Below, piece after piece: positions 29,571-39,424 of a stretch of DNA of 62,109 bases (position 1 is the first letter of the stretch; each line of letters begins with the position of its first letter). The stretch is from Deltaproteobacteria bacterium (lineage in GTDB: Bacteria; Desulfobacterota; Syntrophobacteria; BM002). Made by a program: the position numbers and the translations under genes. The DNA lies in the NCBI GenBank assembly GCA_020347625.1, contig CP070735.1, positions 2,628,902 to 2,691,010 on the forward strand, read 5' to 3'. The notes below the pieces were generated by a model, which ran no database searches, had not been told where the DNA came from, and worked only from the letters and a program-made list of their open reading frames with translations.

Positions 29571-29963
29571 ATGGAGTCCCTGAAAAGCAATCTCAAGGCA
29601 GCACTGGAGGAGGAGATAGCCAGGATTCCCCAGCCCTTTCGACAGGGGGCTGTGGTTCACCAGACAATCAAGTGCTTTCTGTATGCCATGGTCAAAGCAG
29701 CAGATCTATGGCCAGTTCCAAATTTCAAGCCGCCTCGGTTTAGCGACGGTTTTCTCGATCTCATCGGAGTTGACGCCACCCATGCTGTGATGTGCGCATT
29801 TGCCATCGGTCCGGTGGTTGAGTTAAAAGCAGTAAAGAGTCTGGAGGCTCTGGATGTGGACGAAAAGTGGATGATTACCTATTCAACTCTGAGCAAAAAG
29901 GTGCAGGAAAGCACTTTCTTCCTCAAGCCGGGCATCCAGCATTTGCATTTGGAACAGAAGTAA
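29571..29963 (+). CDS. hypothetical protein
   Basis: Strong TAAGGAGG RBS. No family recognised. Confidence 0.55.
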   Translation: MESLKSNLKAALEEEIARIPQPFRQGAVVHQTIKCFLYAMVKAADLWPVPNFKPPRFSDGFLDLIGVDATHAVMCAFAIGPVVELKAVKSLEALDVDEKWMITYSTLSKKVQESTFFLKPGIQHLHLEQK

Positions 29964-30808
29964 TCATCCTGCTCACAAGAACAGGTCTGCACTGGATTGA
30001 ATGACGTGTTCCCGGCAGAAAACGGGGTCCTTAGAGCTGGAACTGCAGTGAATATATGGGGATTGTTAAAAAGTGAACAAGCTGAAAACAAAGGTTTTTC
30101 CCCTTGACTTTGCAGGGTCTTTGTGAAATACAGAGTCAATACGCGCCCTTGTTAAAAATTCTCATCCTGAATTCATTACAGTCATCGCGACCGATTCGAA
30201 TCGTAAAGTAAACTTATCTACAGGTCCAGCCAGAGTGCTCGAGAAAAATGACACACCAATTCAGTCGGATATCCTAAACCTAACCTGGGCGCAAGCGCGG
30301 TCACGCGCCATTGTTATACACATCTAACTTGAGACTGGAAGGAGGTGATAAAAGAGTCCGTTGAGAACAGGCAACTCTTTGAAGGGTTGCCGGTCGACTG
30401 GTATCGTTACCTCTGCGACGCTACATATTATTCTCTCGAGTAACAGTGAAATGATCTCGCAGCTTAGAGTAGTCTGAACAAAGTAATCATGAAATCTTGT
30501 TAGCGGCGAATTCAGCATCGAGCCGGATTTGCCAGGCACTGGAAGATAGCCTCCGGATGCAGCAGGCCCGATCGGCTTGTGGGGGAGTGACTATGCATCT
30601 TGGAAGCTTCGAAAACAAGAGCAATTCTTCCAGATGCCGGTTTTTGCCTTACCAAAATATGTTCTTGATTCCTGGCTTCAACCAATTGGTCCAAGAAGCT
30701 TCAGGGTCGATGTCAGACAGAGGGCGAGGGGGCTGTTGGTTTCGAGAAGGTTCTCAGAGGGATCGTACCAGAGATGAAAGTGGACTAAAAATATGAGGAG
30801 GAAGCATT

Positions 30809-32104
30809 ATGACTATTGGTATTGGAAAGTATGCCATAGGCTATAACCAACCCGTTGACAAGCTTCCCGGAAGAGCGTGGGTCACTGTTCTCGCTGGTAC
30901 GACCATCAACCTCTGTCTGGGTTGTTTGTACGCCTGGTCTGTATGGCTCAAGTACCTCACCGACGAGGCCTACATGGTGGCCCACGGTTGGCCCGGAGCA
31001 CTCACCGCTGAGCAGGCCTCCAACCCCAAGTCAATGTGTATTCTCATTTTCGCCCTGCTCATGATCCCGGGCGGAAAGATCCAGGATAAATATGGTCCCA
31101 CAGCTTCCGCTACCATCGGCGCCATCGCCATGGGTATCGGTATGATCATCGCCGGTACCGCTAAGTCATACGCAGGTATTCTCTGGGGATTTGGCGTAGG
31201 CGGCGGTATTGCCATGGGCGTTGCTTATGCCGCTCCGGTTCCGGCGACGGGCAAATGGTTGGGCCCACACCAGAGGGGCTTCTTCTTGGGTCTCACGGTT
31301 GCTGGTTACGGAGGTGCGGCCTTTTACGTGGCTCCACTGGTCAAGTGGATGATCATAAACCAGTCCCTGTCTGCCTCGTTTACGGTACTGGGAGTCGCCT
31401 ACCTGATCGTCATCTTCTTCTGTGGACTGCTGTTGAAATGGCCCGAGCCGGGGTACGAAGGACCTAAACCGCCGGAGGCTTGGACTGCAGCCCAACAAGC
31501 GAAGGGGACGTCGACCACGGTGGACTGGGTCGCGGGAGACATGGTCAAGACCTGGCAGTTCTATGCGCTGATTCTTCTCTTCTGCTTGAACACCCAGGCG
31601 GGTCTTCTCATCATCGGCCACGCTGCCAAGTTCATCAAGCCCATGCTGGCTTCAGGGTTCATTCTGGTGTCCGCCGGTGGTGCGTTGAACGCCCTCGGCC
31701 GTGTGGGTACCGGTAAGTACTCTGATATCATCGGCAGGGACAAGGCCTACATGGTCAATGCCGCAGCGGCTGCTGTTTGCATGTTCGCGCTGCCCACGGT
31801 CATCAACGCCAAGAATCTGTTCCTGGCGTTCCTGTTCTGCATGATTGCTTACTGGGTGTACGGTGGTGGTCTCGCTTTGATGCCATCTTACACACTTGAC
31901 TTCTACGGCCCCAAGAACCTGGGCTTCAACTACGGCCTGGTGTTCATCGGCTGGGGTTTGGGTGCTTTCATGCCGAAGCTGGGCGGCTACATCAGGGACG
32001 TGACCGGGCACTATGACAATGCCTTTTACGTTGCCGGTGGTCTGCTAATCCTGGCAATTCTCATCGCCCTGGTGACCAAGAGACCGCACAAGGCCGGAGT
32101 GTGA
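30809..32104 (+). CDS. MFS transporter, oxalate/formate antiporter (OFA)-like
   Basis: About 12 TM helices. OFA-type N-terminus (..INLCLGCLYAWSVW..). GAGGAGG RBS. Confidence 0.8.
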   Translation: MTIGIGKYAIGYNQPVDKLPGRAWVTVLAGTTINLCLGCLYAWSVWLKYLTDEAYMVAHGWPGALTAEQASNPKSMCILIFALLMIPGGKIQDKYGPTASATIGAIAMGIGMIIAGTAKSYAGILWGFGVGGGIAMGVAYAAPVPATGKWLGPHQRGFFLGLTVAGYGGAAFYVAPLVKWMIINQSLSASFTVLGVAYLIVIFFCGLLLKWPEPGYEGPKPPEAWTAAQQAKGTSTTVDWVAGDMVKTWQFYALILLFCLNTQAGLLIIGHAAKFIKPMLASGFILVSAGGALNALGRVGTGKYSDIIGRDKAYMVNAAAAAVCMFALPTVINAKNLFLAFLFCMIAYWVYGGGLALMPSYTLDFYGPKNLGFNYGLVFIGWGLGAFMPKLGGYIRDVTGHYDNAFYVAGGLLILAILIALVTKRPHKAGV

Positions 32105-32133
32105 TAGGTTAATATTAACCATTAGCAAAAAAG

Positions 32134-32165
32134 GCGGGAAGGATTTTTCCTTTCCGCTTTTTTTT
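32134..32165 (+). terminator. intrinsic terminator after the MFS gene
   Basis: GCGGGAAGGA-tttt-TCCTTTCCGC followed by T8. Confidence 0.75.
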
Positions 32166-32166
32166 G

Positions 32167-32216
32167 GGCATAGAGCATAGGGCATAGGGCAAATTCAAAA
32201 TCCTTCACCCTATGCT
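32167..32216. repeat. short heptamer-array element
   Basis: GGCATAG AGCATAG GGCATAG GGCAAATTCAAAATCCTTC..CCTATGC. Shares the GCATAGGGCAAATTCA(G)AAATCCTTC unit with 23576..23700. Confidence 0.75.
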
Positions 32217-32836
32217 TAGTGATACGCTGCGAACCTGCCTAGGGCGTCAACAATGGGAGTGAATGTGTCGCGCAAAAACGGTATTCCCGAAAAACGGTCA
32301 AATAAGACCATGGCCAAGATGATGAAGGGTCCAGCCTTGCAAAAAAGGCTCCAGACGCGCTCTTGGGCCCGGGGCACCAACAGGTAGATCAGCCTCGAGC
32401 TAGCGAGGGGAGGAATGGGCAGGAGGTGGTAAGCGCTCACCATGATGCTTACGTCGATGACAGTTTGGACGACGCGGTCTGTCCAGAATGTGTCCTTTAC
32501 AAACGCCACAGTTAGAGCTAGGACAACACTGGTGAAGGGAGCAATAAGAGATATGATAAGCCACCCCAGCTTTTGTCTCTTGAATCTGATCTGCTGGTCG
32601 TCTATTTGCCTGCCCCAGCCGAATCCTCCAGCGAAAAAGACAATTATACCAAGAATGTCGAGGTTTATTAAGGGATTGAAGGCGTTGTAATCAAACTGCA
32701 CACCTTCCTCCGGCGGAGGATTGGCGAAGCTCAGGGCAAAGAAACGGGTAAAGCCGCAACCAATAGTTACGATCAGGAGAATTGCCAAAGAAGCGTAAAT
32801 AATCTCTTCCCCGGTCAGAGTCAGTACATACAGCAT
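32216..32836 (-). CDS. M50 (site-2 protease)-like membrane protein lacking the HExxH motif
   Basis: NPLINLDILG...GGFGWGRQID matches the M50B NPxxHLDxxG...FGWAKPVP region. The expected HExxH position reads GFTRFFA. GGAGGAG RBS. Confidence 0.6.
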   Translation of the reverse strand: MLYVLTLTGEEIIYASLAILLIVTIGCGFTRFFALSFANPPPEEGVQFDYNAFNPLINLDILGIIVFFAGGFGWGRQIDDQQIRFKRQKLGWLIISLIAPFTSVVLALTVAFVKDTFWTDRVVQTVIDVSIMVSAYHLLPIPPLASSRLIYLLVPRAQERVWSLFCKAGPFIILAMVLFDRFSGIPFLRDTFTPIVDALGRFAAYH

Positions 32837-32899
32837 AACTCCTCCGATTTGGATGGGGGGAACCGTAGCAACGGTCTAAATCAACGGAAATAAGCTGGT

Positions 32900-33184
32900 T
32901 TAAAGGGTGAGTAGTTCTTCAAACCTCTTCTGTAAGCTTTTTGATATTCTGTTATAGACGAATCCACGAGCTATCAAGGGTAGCAGGATGAGTCCGTAGA
33001 GGTAAATGTCAGATGCTTTGAAGGTCTGGATGAGAACCATTATGCTGAGTATTATAAGTGCAGTAATCGTATTGCTCATGGAATTGGTAAGGTCATGGAG
33101 TTTTTGCTCCAGATATTGATGCAACTGGGTGTGATTAACGATCAGCTTGTCACCCTTTCTCTTGTGATCTATGATTACCTTCAA
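32900..33184 (-). CDS. hypothetical small membrane protein
   Basis: ORF with a TTG start and two predicted TM helices. Weak support. Confidence 0.3.
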   Translation of the reverse strand: MKVIIDHKRKGDKLIVNHTQLHQYLEQKLHDLTNSMSNTITALIILSIMVLIQTFKASDIYLYGLILLPLIARGFVYNRISKSLQKRFEELLTL

Positions 33185-33407
33185 TTTTTACCCCGCTTCC
33201 TACTCGCTGGAGCCGTTGTTGGACTAGAGATTGGTCCAATGGTCGATAGATTCATTCAATTGTGGAGGGCCAAAATTTGGCATCCGCGCTATTTTTTCGA
33301 AACTTATGCTAAAATGGTTTTACTGTCAATTGTTGAAATAAACCCCCAATCTTGGGGTAAGGGGTTCCTCCCTTACAAAGTCGCGCATCCGTAACACCAT
33401 TGCACCC

Positions 33408-35105
33408 ATGATGGAAAATGGCTCTATGGCAAGCCGTCGTGTCCTGATCATCGATACTCATGAACCGGACGTCCAGGAGCTAAGACCGGTCTTGGACACT
33501 GCGGGCTACGAGGTGGTTGTGGCTAGGGACAGCCATGAGGCGCTAAAACAGGCCCATGAACTCCAACCTGAGGTTGTGCTCCTGGGGATTCAAAGTGCCA
33601 ATCTTAATGGACTTCAGATCCTTCGCCGTCTGAAGAAAAGAGGTACCACCACGGATATACCGGTCATTCTTCTATTGGAAAAATTCGATGAAGAGTACGT
33701 GGCCCAGGGGTTGCAGATGGGAGCTGAGGACTACCTGCTGAAGACCGCCGGCGAGGACTTTCTGCTGCGCAGGGTCGGGGTAATGGCCCGGATTCGTCAA
33801 AAAGAAAGGCTGCACCGCGAGGTGCTCGCAAGATACCACCAATACTTCGATGGTGAAGAATATGGGTTGTTTCTCAGCACGCGAGAGGGAAGATTCCTGG
33901 ATGTGAATCAGAATCTGGTCAAGATCTTGGGTTACGACAGCAGAGATGAACTTCTTGGTATAGATATCAAGAAAGACCTTTACTGGGATCTGAAAGATCG
34001 GGAGCGCTTTCAGCAGATGATTGAAAGCCAGGGCTTTGTCAAAAATTTCAAGGTGAACTTAAGAGGAAAGGACGGCCAGAAGGTTACCATCTTGCTTAGT
34101 GGCCAGGCGGTTCTTGATGAAAAAGGCAGTATCATCGGTTATGAGGGCTACAACATAGACATCTCCGACCAGCCAGAAGTTGCTGAGATTGAGCCAGGCC
34201 GTCCGGAGGCGAAGCGGTTCATCGGCAGGTTTTTGAAGCTTTTTGGGTCAAAGGTGCTTCCTTTCGGCGCTGATTTCTTCTCTCTCATGAAAATGACCGA
34301 ACTGATAGCTGAACGGTATGAAAAGGTTGAGCGGTTGGGATTGGGTAGTTTTGGAGAAGTGTGGAAAGTGCGTGATGTGGAAAGAGAAGGCCGCTCTCCT
34401 TACTACGTTGCCAAGATTCCTATGAGCAAGAAATTAAACACCAGGTTTCGTAAAGAAGCGGAAATTTGTCGTCGGTTAGATGACCACCCCAACGCAATCA
34501 AAATTGTTGATGTTGTAGAGCACCGAGGCAGGGTTGTGTTGCTGCAAGAATTTGTGGAGGGAGATTCGCTGAAAGAGCTCACACAGCGCTCTCTTGAAGA
34601 GACTGAAAAACAAAAAATCCTCTACCAGTTGATTGATATCGTTGCCCATGCCCACCGCCACCGAATAGTGCACCGGGACATCAAACCGGAGAACATCCTC
34701 ATTCGTCAGGATGGCATCCTGAAACTTTTAGATTTCGGCGTGGCCAAAGAGCTGAAAGATGAAGACATAAGCAGCACCATGGTGGGGTCCAGGCCATACA
34801 TGGCCCCAGAGCAGATCATGGGTGAGAGCCAGATAGCCAGCGATGTCTGGGCCCTGGGCGTAATTATCTATTTCCTTTACACTGAAATCCTGCCTTTCTT
34901 CGACGATAACGAGAAGGCATTGATGGATTTGATCCTCACCAGAGAACCGGAGCCCCCGCGAGATATCGAGCCCTCCATACCGGAGGAACTGGAGAGTATT
35001 ATCCTGAAATGTCTCAGGAAAGATCCAAAAGAACGCTTTGCTGACGCCGGTACCTTGAAGCAGGCACTGCTGGACAAATTTCCCGATTTCGGCAAAGCCA
35101 ATTAA
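33408..35105 (+). CDS. pseudo-receiver / PAS / Ser-Thr protein kinase fusion
   Basis: REC-like N-terminus with Gly at the phospho-acceptor position (VVLLGIQS). PAS region. Hanks kinase motifs GLGSFGEVW, VAKIP, HRDIKPEN, DFG and APE. Confidence 0.85.
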   Translation: MMENGSMASRRVLIIDTHEPDVQELRPVLDTAGYEVVVARDSHEALKQAHELQPEVVLLGIQSANLNGLQILRRLKKRGTTTDIPVILLLEKFDEEYVAQGLQMGAEDYLLKTAGEDFLLRRVGVMARIRQKERLHREVLARYHQYFDGEEYGLFLSTREGRFLDVNQNLVKILGYDSRDELLGIDIKKDLYWDLKDRERFQQMIESQGFVKNFKVNLRGKDGQKVTILLSGQAVLDEKGSIIGYEGYNIDISDQPEVAEIEPGRPEAKRFIGRFLKLFGSKVLPFGADFFSLMKMTELIAERYEKVERLGLGSFGEVWKVRDVEREGRSPYYVAKIPMSKKLNTRFRKEAEICRRLDDHPNAIKIVDVVEHRGRVVLLQEFVEGDSLKELTQRSLEETEKQKILYQLIDIVAHAHRHRIVHRDIKPENILIRQDGILKLLDFGVAKELKDEDISSTMVGSRPYMAPEQIMGESQIASDVWALGVIIYFLYTEILPFFDDNEKALMDLILTREPEPPRDIEPSIPEELESIILKCLRKDPKERFADAGTLKQALLDKFPDFGKAN

Positions 35106-35353
35106 ATCAATCACGCCTTTGCTGCATTACCGCTTCACACCACTGATGGTTAGTCCCCAAATTTTTGGCCCGGATTGTCTTAGTCTTGCCTAATGTCGCC
35201 CAGGTTAACTCCGGCGGTAAAATCTAAAGTCAGTGAAAAAAGCTGGCAGGGAAATTGCTTAACTTGACATTGGCGCCCAGCGACATTAACTGTCGTTTTC
35301 ACGGAGCGAGTGAAAAGAAAAAGTTTTTGCGGTGCCGGAAGGAGTCTGGGCCA

Positions 35354-36070
35354 ATGAAAAGAATAATCATTGCAACACTTGCATATATAGTGATGACCAC
35401 CTCTGTCGCCTGGGCACAGGATGCCATGTATTTCTATCAACGTGGTATGGAAAGCTCCCTGGCAAACAAGAGAATAGCGTACTTCACCAAGGCTTTGGAA
35501 AAAAACCCAAGTCTGGTGGAGGCTTACGAAAAAAGAGCCATTCACTATTATTTCCAGAGGCGCTACGCCAAGGCCATTCAGGATTACAGCAAAATCATTG
35601 AGTTGAAACCTGAAGGGGCTGAGGCCTATCTTATGCGGGGGTCGGCTCAGTTGAAAGCGGGAGAAGCAGAGCTGGCGATCAGCAATTTAAGCCGTGCCAT
35701 AGAGCTAGACCCAAGAGCTGCGAGTGCCTATGGCTATCGGGCAGAGGCCTACCGTCTCAAAGGAATGGCAGAAGAGGCAGTCCTTGACTCCACCAAGGCC
35801 ATCAGTCTGCGGGGTGATGAGCGGACAACTGCTAGAGCCTATGCAACCCGAGCCAAAGCCCACCAACAGCTTGGGCACGAGGAGCAATCCGATGCCGATT
35901 TCAATAAATCTGTTGAATTAGATCCCAGATACGTGCTGATCCGTTATTTAACTGGTACCAGTAGTTTGGAGGGTGTCCGTCGGATGGGTCTTATGGGCAT
36001 TATAACAATTTGTTTTATTGGAATTTTCCAGATTTCTCTGCGAGCACCAAAAAAAAAGGGAGAGCACTGA
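35354..36070 (+). CDS. TPR-repeat protein with signal peptide and C-terminal TM helix
   Basis: MKRIIIATLAYIVMTTSVAWA signal peptide. Repeated TPR units (A..Y..A..L.P). Internal ATG chosen. Confidence 0.75.
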   Translation: MKRIIIATLAYIVMTTSVAWAQDAMYFYQRGMESSLANKRIAYFTKALEKNPSLVEAYEKRAIHYYFQRRYAKAIQDYSKIIELKPEGAEAYLMRGSAQLKAGEAELAISNLSRAIELDPRAASAYGYRAEAYRLKGMAEEAVLDSTKAISLRGDERTTARAYATRAKAHQQLGHEEQSDADFNKSVELDPRYVLIRYLTGTSSLEGVRRMGLMGIITICFIGIFQISLRAPKKKGEH

Positions 36071-36140
36071 TGCCGCCGTTGCGATGTCCTTTGACAGTTA
36101 TCTTCGGACGGGGTAACTCCACCAGAGTGCGAGATTGTCT

Positions 36141-36160
36141 GGATTTGAAGCTTCAAATCC
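36141..36160. terminator. 20-bp perfect palindrome between convergent genes
   Basis: GGATTTGAAGCTTCAAATCC. There is no U-tract on either strand, so a terminator function is speculative. Confidence 0.3.
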
Positions 36161-36161
36161 A

Positions 36162-36713
36162 TCAAAAACCATACTGGGTACCGATATCACATACCATGAT
36201 TACCACGTCTGTGCTGCGTCCGTGAAGGTCTTTCACCAATCCCTCGATCACCGCTTTGCTGGAAAACCCAGCCTTCCTGAAGACGGAGAGGGCTTCCGGA
36301 AAATCGAGCGGCAGCTCAGCCCACAGCTTCTCAAGACCAAATTCCGCAGCCAATTCAACGATCTCGTGAATCAGTAAAGTGCCGAGACCCTTATGGTGGT
36401 ATTCCGGGTCCACCACCACACGAACGGTGCCGATGTGGTGCTTCCAGCCGTATGGTATGCGGTGCAAGGATACATCACCGACAATGCGGTCACCGTCTAG
36501 GGCGACGATAGGGAAAGCTCGACTGTAGTCGATATTCTTGGTCCAGGAATCTATGATTTGAACATCGGTTACATCGTGGCGTAGATAAAGGCGCAGGTCT
36601 TCAGGGAGCGATTGGAAAAAGGTGATAAGCGCCTCTTTATCCTCGGCCACCAGGGGCCGCAGGAGAACAATACTGCCGTCCTTTAGCTTGCATTCTTTCT
36701 TGTAATCTTTCAT
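36162..36713 (-). CDS. GNAT family N-acetyltransferase
   Basis: Acetyl-CoA motif HHKGLGTLL and a GNAT-typical layout. Confidence 0.8.
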   Translation of the reverse strand: MKDYKKECKLKDGSIVLLRPLVAEDKEALITFFQSLPEDLRLYLRHDVTDVQIIDSWTKNIDYSRAFPIVALDGDRIVGDVSLHRIPYGWKHHIGTVRVVVDPEYHHKGLGTLLIHEIVELAAEFGLEKLWAELPLDFPEALSVFRKAGFSSKAVIEGLVKDLHGRSTDVVIMVCDIGTQYGF

Positions 36714-36749
36714 CGTGGCTTCCCCCCTGGACTTATAAGCGTGTACACA

Positions 36750-37496
36750 TCATACACCAGTTTCCAGCCTTTCCGCTAGGTACTCAGGTAGCTTGGCATT
36801 GCGGATCTTTGCTTGGGCCGAGTGCAGATCATAGGAAACGGACTTAAACTGAATCGTCTCCGGTTCGTTGGAGAATACAAGATATGATGCTTTCCAATTG
36901 TGCTCCCGTGGTTGGCCCACACTACCCGGATTGATCAGGTACATCTGTTCTGGATCTAACAGGATATTTTCTTCGGGAATCTTCAGACTGGAGACTTTCC
37001 CTCGAACGTCACGCTGCCACACAGCACGTTTGTGTGTGTGGCCGAAAAATCCAATTCGCACTCCGACTGTTCGCTTGCGCATATAGTTGAATGCCTTTTT
37101 TGCCTGGAAGAGGTAGAAAAGGTAAGCATCAGGATTGCCGGGGGCACCGTGAAAGACGAGATAGCGATCCCAAATGACCCGGGTGTGCTCAAGTTTCTTA
37201 AGAAAGCGCTTGTGAATTGGAGCCAGTTTGTTGGCGGACCACTTCACCGCCTGGTAAGCCAAAATATTGAAGCCCTCGGCGTGTTTCATTTCCGTGGCAG
37301 CCCGGTCATGATTGCCTTGGATGCTGATGATTTGCCGACCCTGCACTAAATCAACGCACTCCACTGGGCTGGCATTGTAGCCAACCAAATCACCAAGATT
37401 GATAATTAGTGATATATCTTCCTGGTCGATGGCGTCAAGTACGGCCTTCAGGGCTTCGATATTTGAATGGATATCGGAAATAACGGCAACTTTCAT
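36750..37496 (-). CDS. calcineurin-like metallophosphoesterase
   Basis: ISDIHSN, LGDLVGY, GNHD and GHTH motifs. Confidence 0.85.
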   Translation of the reverse strand: MKVAVISDIHSNIEALKAVLDAIDQEDISLIINLGDLVGYNASPVECVDLVQGRQIISIQGNHDRAATEMKHAEGFNILAYQAVKWSANKLAPIHKRFLKKLEHTRVIWDRYLVFHGAPGNPDAYLFYLFQAKKAFNYMRKRTVGVRIGFFGHTHKRAVWQRDVRGKVSSLKIPEENILLDPEQMYLINPGSVGQPREHNWKASYLVFSNEPETIQFKSVSYDLHSAQAKIRNAKLPEYLAERLETGV

Positions 37497-37508
37497 GGAA
37501 ACTCGATA

Positions 37509-37616
37509 CTGGATGCTGATCGCTGGATGCTAGCCGCTCCAGGTGGGATATGCGATGTGCGATGTGAGATGGGGGATAGGCATGAATTCATCCCACATAT
37601 CAGATCACACATCCAT
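37509..37616. repeat. heptamer-array hairpin element (VWA-phosphoesterase gap)
   Basis: CTGGATG CTGATCG CTGGATG..TGCGATG TGCGATG TGAGATG GGGGATA, loop ggcatgaattca, then TCCCACA TATCAGA TCACACA. Confidence 0.8.
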
Positions 37617-37622
37617 AACTTG

Positions 37623-39203
37623 CTATTCTAGTGCTAGATAGTTTCGAACGCTGCCCAGTACGATCCGCGGGATATCATTCGTGTCGTTTACGCCGAATAC
37701 TGAGATGTTCTTGTTTTTCACCGATGCCTTGATGAACCTGAGGGCGCCGCTCTTCTTGCCAACATGGACTGCGGTCACTCTGTTTTTAAGTCGCGAAAAC
37801 CGCGAGACGGTTTGATCCAGATTGGTGATTTGCATGTCGGTGATCAGGAATATATCTGGGTCATCCTCCAGAGCGACACTGGTGACTTCGTCAACATCTA
37901 GAGCGGTCCCACCGCCAAAATATCTACAGAGGACCTTGTAGATGAGTGGTCGACTGCGGGTGAAAGATAGATATTCCCTGCCACCGGCTGGCGCGTCACT
38001 GAAGTTGTAGACCGCCACACTGGCATCATGGCGCAAATAGGCATCAGCCGCACAGCCACCGCCAAGAACCGCATACGATAACTGGCTGCGGGGATCCACC
38101 ATGCTGCCTGAAGAGTCGATAATCACAAGACAGTTGGGTGTTTTCTCTTTCTTGCCGTATATCAGACCTTCTCGCCTTTCCCAAATTTGGGTAATACCGG
38201 GAAGATACTTACCGAAACTTGACCATGGATCCAGGTCTTGGAATGGTTGACAGACTTCCCAGGGGCGATGGGAGTGGGGATGGAGGTGACCGGAATCCTT
38301 CAACGGCATTTTGCGAAGGGGCAGGGCGTAGTTTTCCGCCAATTTCATGTAATAGAGCCGATTGGCCTCAACAGGGCTTCCAGCGCCGTGTCCCATATCC
38401 TCGCCGCTTTTATCGCAAGGGGACTCGAGCTCGTTTTGCAAATACTCGAGAACCTCGGCGAACTCCTCGGGAGAATCCGCATCTCTGGCAAATTCGCGCA
38501 AGGCTTGTTCGATCTCTTCAGGAGCATACTGCTGGAAGCCATGCCTGCCCATTCGAGTCTGTTCATCCGGGGAACTGCTCTTTGTCTCTTCAAGCAGGGG
38601 GCGGATGCCGCGAATGAAACGCGTCAGACTAGCCAGCCACCTGCGCTTGTCCAGATAGGGAATGGCAACGAGTCTTTTCACTGCATCTTGGTTTCTCTTG
38701 CCACCCAAGTCTACTCCCCAAATCTCCTCATACAGGGAGAAGATGACCTCTTCCAATGGCGTGCGCGCGCCACTCCGATAAAGCTGAGGCAGGGAGCTTT
38801 GCCTTTCCCTAACCGCATGGGTGTCGGCTACAACGTCCATGAATAGGTCGGCGGCTGTACGGGCGAGGTCATTGTCGCCAAGGATTTTCTTGGCTCGGGC
38901 ATAGAGGCGCAGGTGAGTAGCGAGGTCCCAAGGGCAGCAGGTATAATGGCTAACTCCATGATCCAGAAGCGCTTCCAAGATGGTTTCCACTGGTAGCAAC
39001 TGCGCCATTGCCTCAATATAGTCAACATTGAGAATAATCTGTTTGTTACGGATTTCCATGCCGACCGGGGAACCGCTTTTATCAAACCTGGGCAGGGGTA
39101 GTTCAGGATACAGGTGCCGACGACGAACCTCCGGCCACAGTCGCTGCAGCATTTCCTCCAGGTCTTCAGATTGTTCAGGTCGTTCCCTGTTGTCGTTCAT
39201 CAA
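37623..39203 (-). CDS. VWA domain protein with uncharacterised N-terminal helical region
   Basis: C-terminal VWA domain with MIDAS motif VIIDSSGSM. The N-terminal ~330 aa are unassigned. Confidence 0.8.
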   Translation of the reverse strand: MMNDNRERPEQSEDLEEMLQRLWPEVRRRHLYPELPLPRFDKSGSPVGMEIRNKQIILNVDYIEAMAQLLPVETILEALLDHGVSHYTCCPWDLATHLRLYARAKKILGDNDLARTAADLFMDVVADTHAVRERQSSLPQLYRSGARTPLEEVIFSLYEEIWGVDLGGKRNQDAVKRLVAIPYLDKRRWLASLTRFIRGIRPLLEETKSSSPDEQTRMGRHGFQQYAPEEIEQALREFARDADSPEEFAEVLEYLQNELESPCDKSGEDMGHGAGSPVEANRLYYMKLAENYALPLRKMPLKDSGHLHPHSHRPWEVCQPFQDLDPWSSFGKYLPGITQIWERREGLIYGKKEKTPNCLVIIDSSGSMVDPRSQLSYAVLGGGCAADAYLRHDASVAVYNFSDAPAGGREYLSFTRSRPLIYKVLCRYFGGGTALDVDEVTSVALEDDPDIFLITDMQITNLDQTVSRFSRLKNRVTAVHVGKKSGALRFIKASVKNKNISVFGVNDTNDIPRIVLGSVRNYLALE

Positions 39204-39225
39204 GCACTCTATATTGAGACGGGTA

Positions 39226-39424
39226 GTTGTACGTTAAATGTTATTAGTTATACGTTATTAGTTATACGTTATACGTTATGAGTCATACCTTATTCGGTTT
39301 TCACTGCATCTGCAGCGGAAGTCAGTCGTCGAAGAATTCCCCGATCATCAGACTTACTTTTCCCGTTTAACTAATAACTAATAACTAATAACTAATAACT
39401 CTATCTTGCCTAGTGCCTAGTTTT
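39226..39424. repeat. heptamer-array hairpin element (GXGXG-VWA gap)
   Basis: GTTGTAC GTTAAAT GTTATTA GTTATAC GTTATTA GTTATAC GTTATAC GTTATGA on the left. TAACTAA x4-5 then CTAGTGC on the right. Confidence 0.85.

Noticed and set aside
30324-30796. ORFs 30324..30539 (minus) and 30497..30796 (plus) upstream of the MFS gene
   Set aside because: They have no RBS and no recognisable domain, and they overlap each other. They are treated as non-coding pending a homology search.
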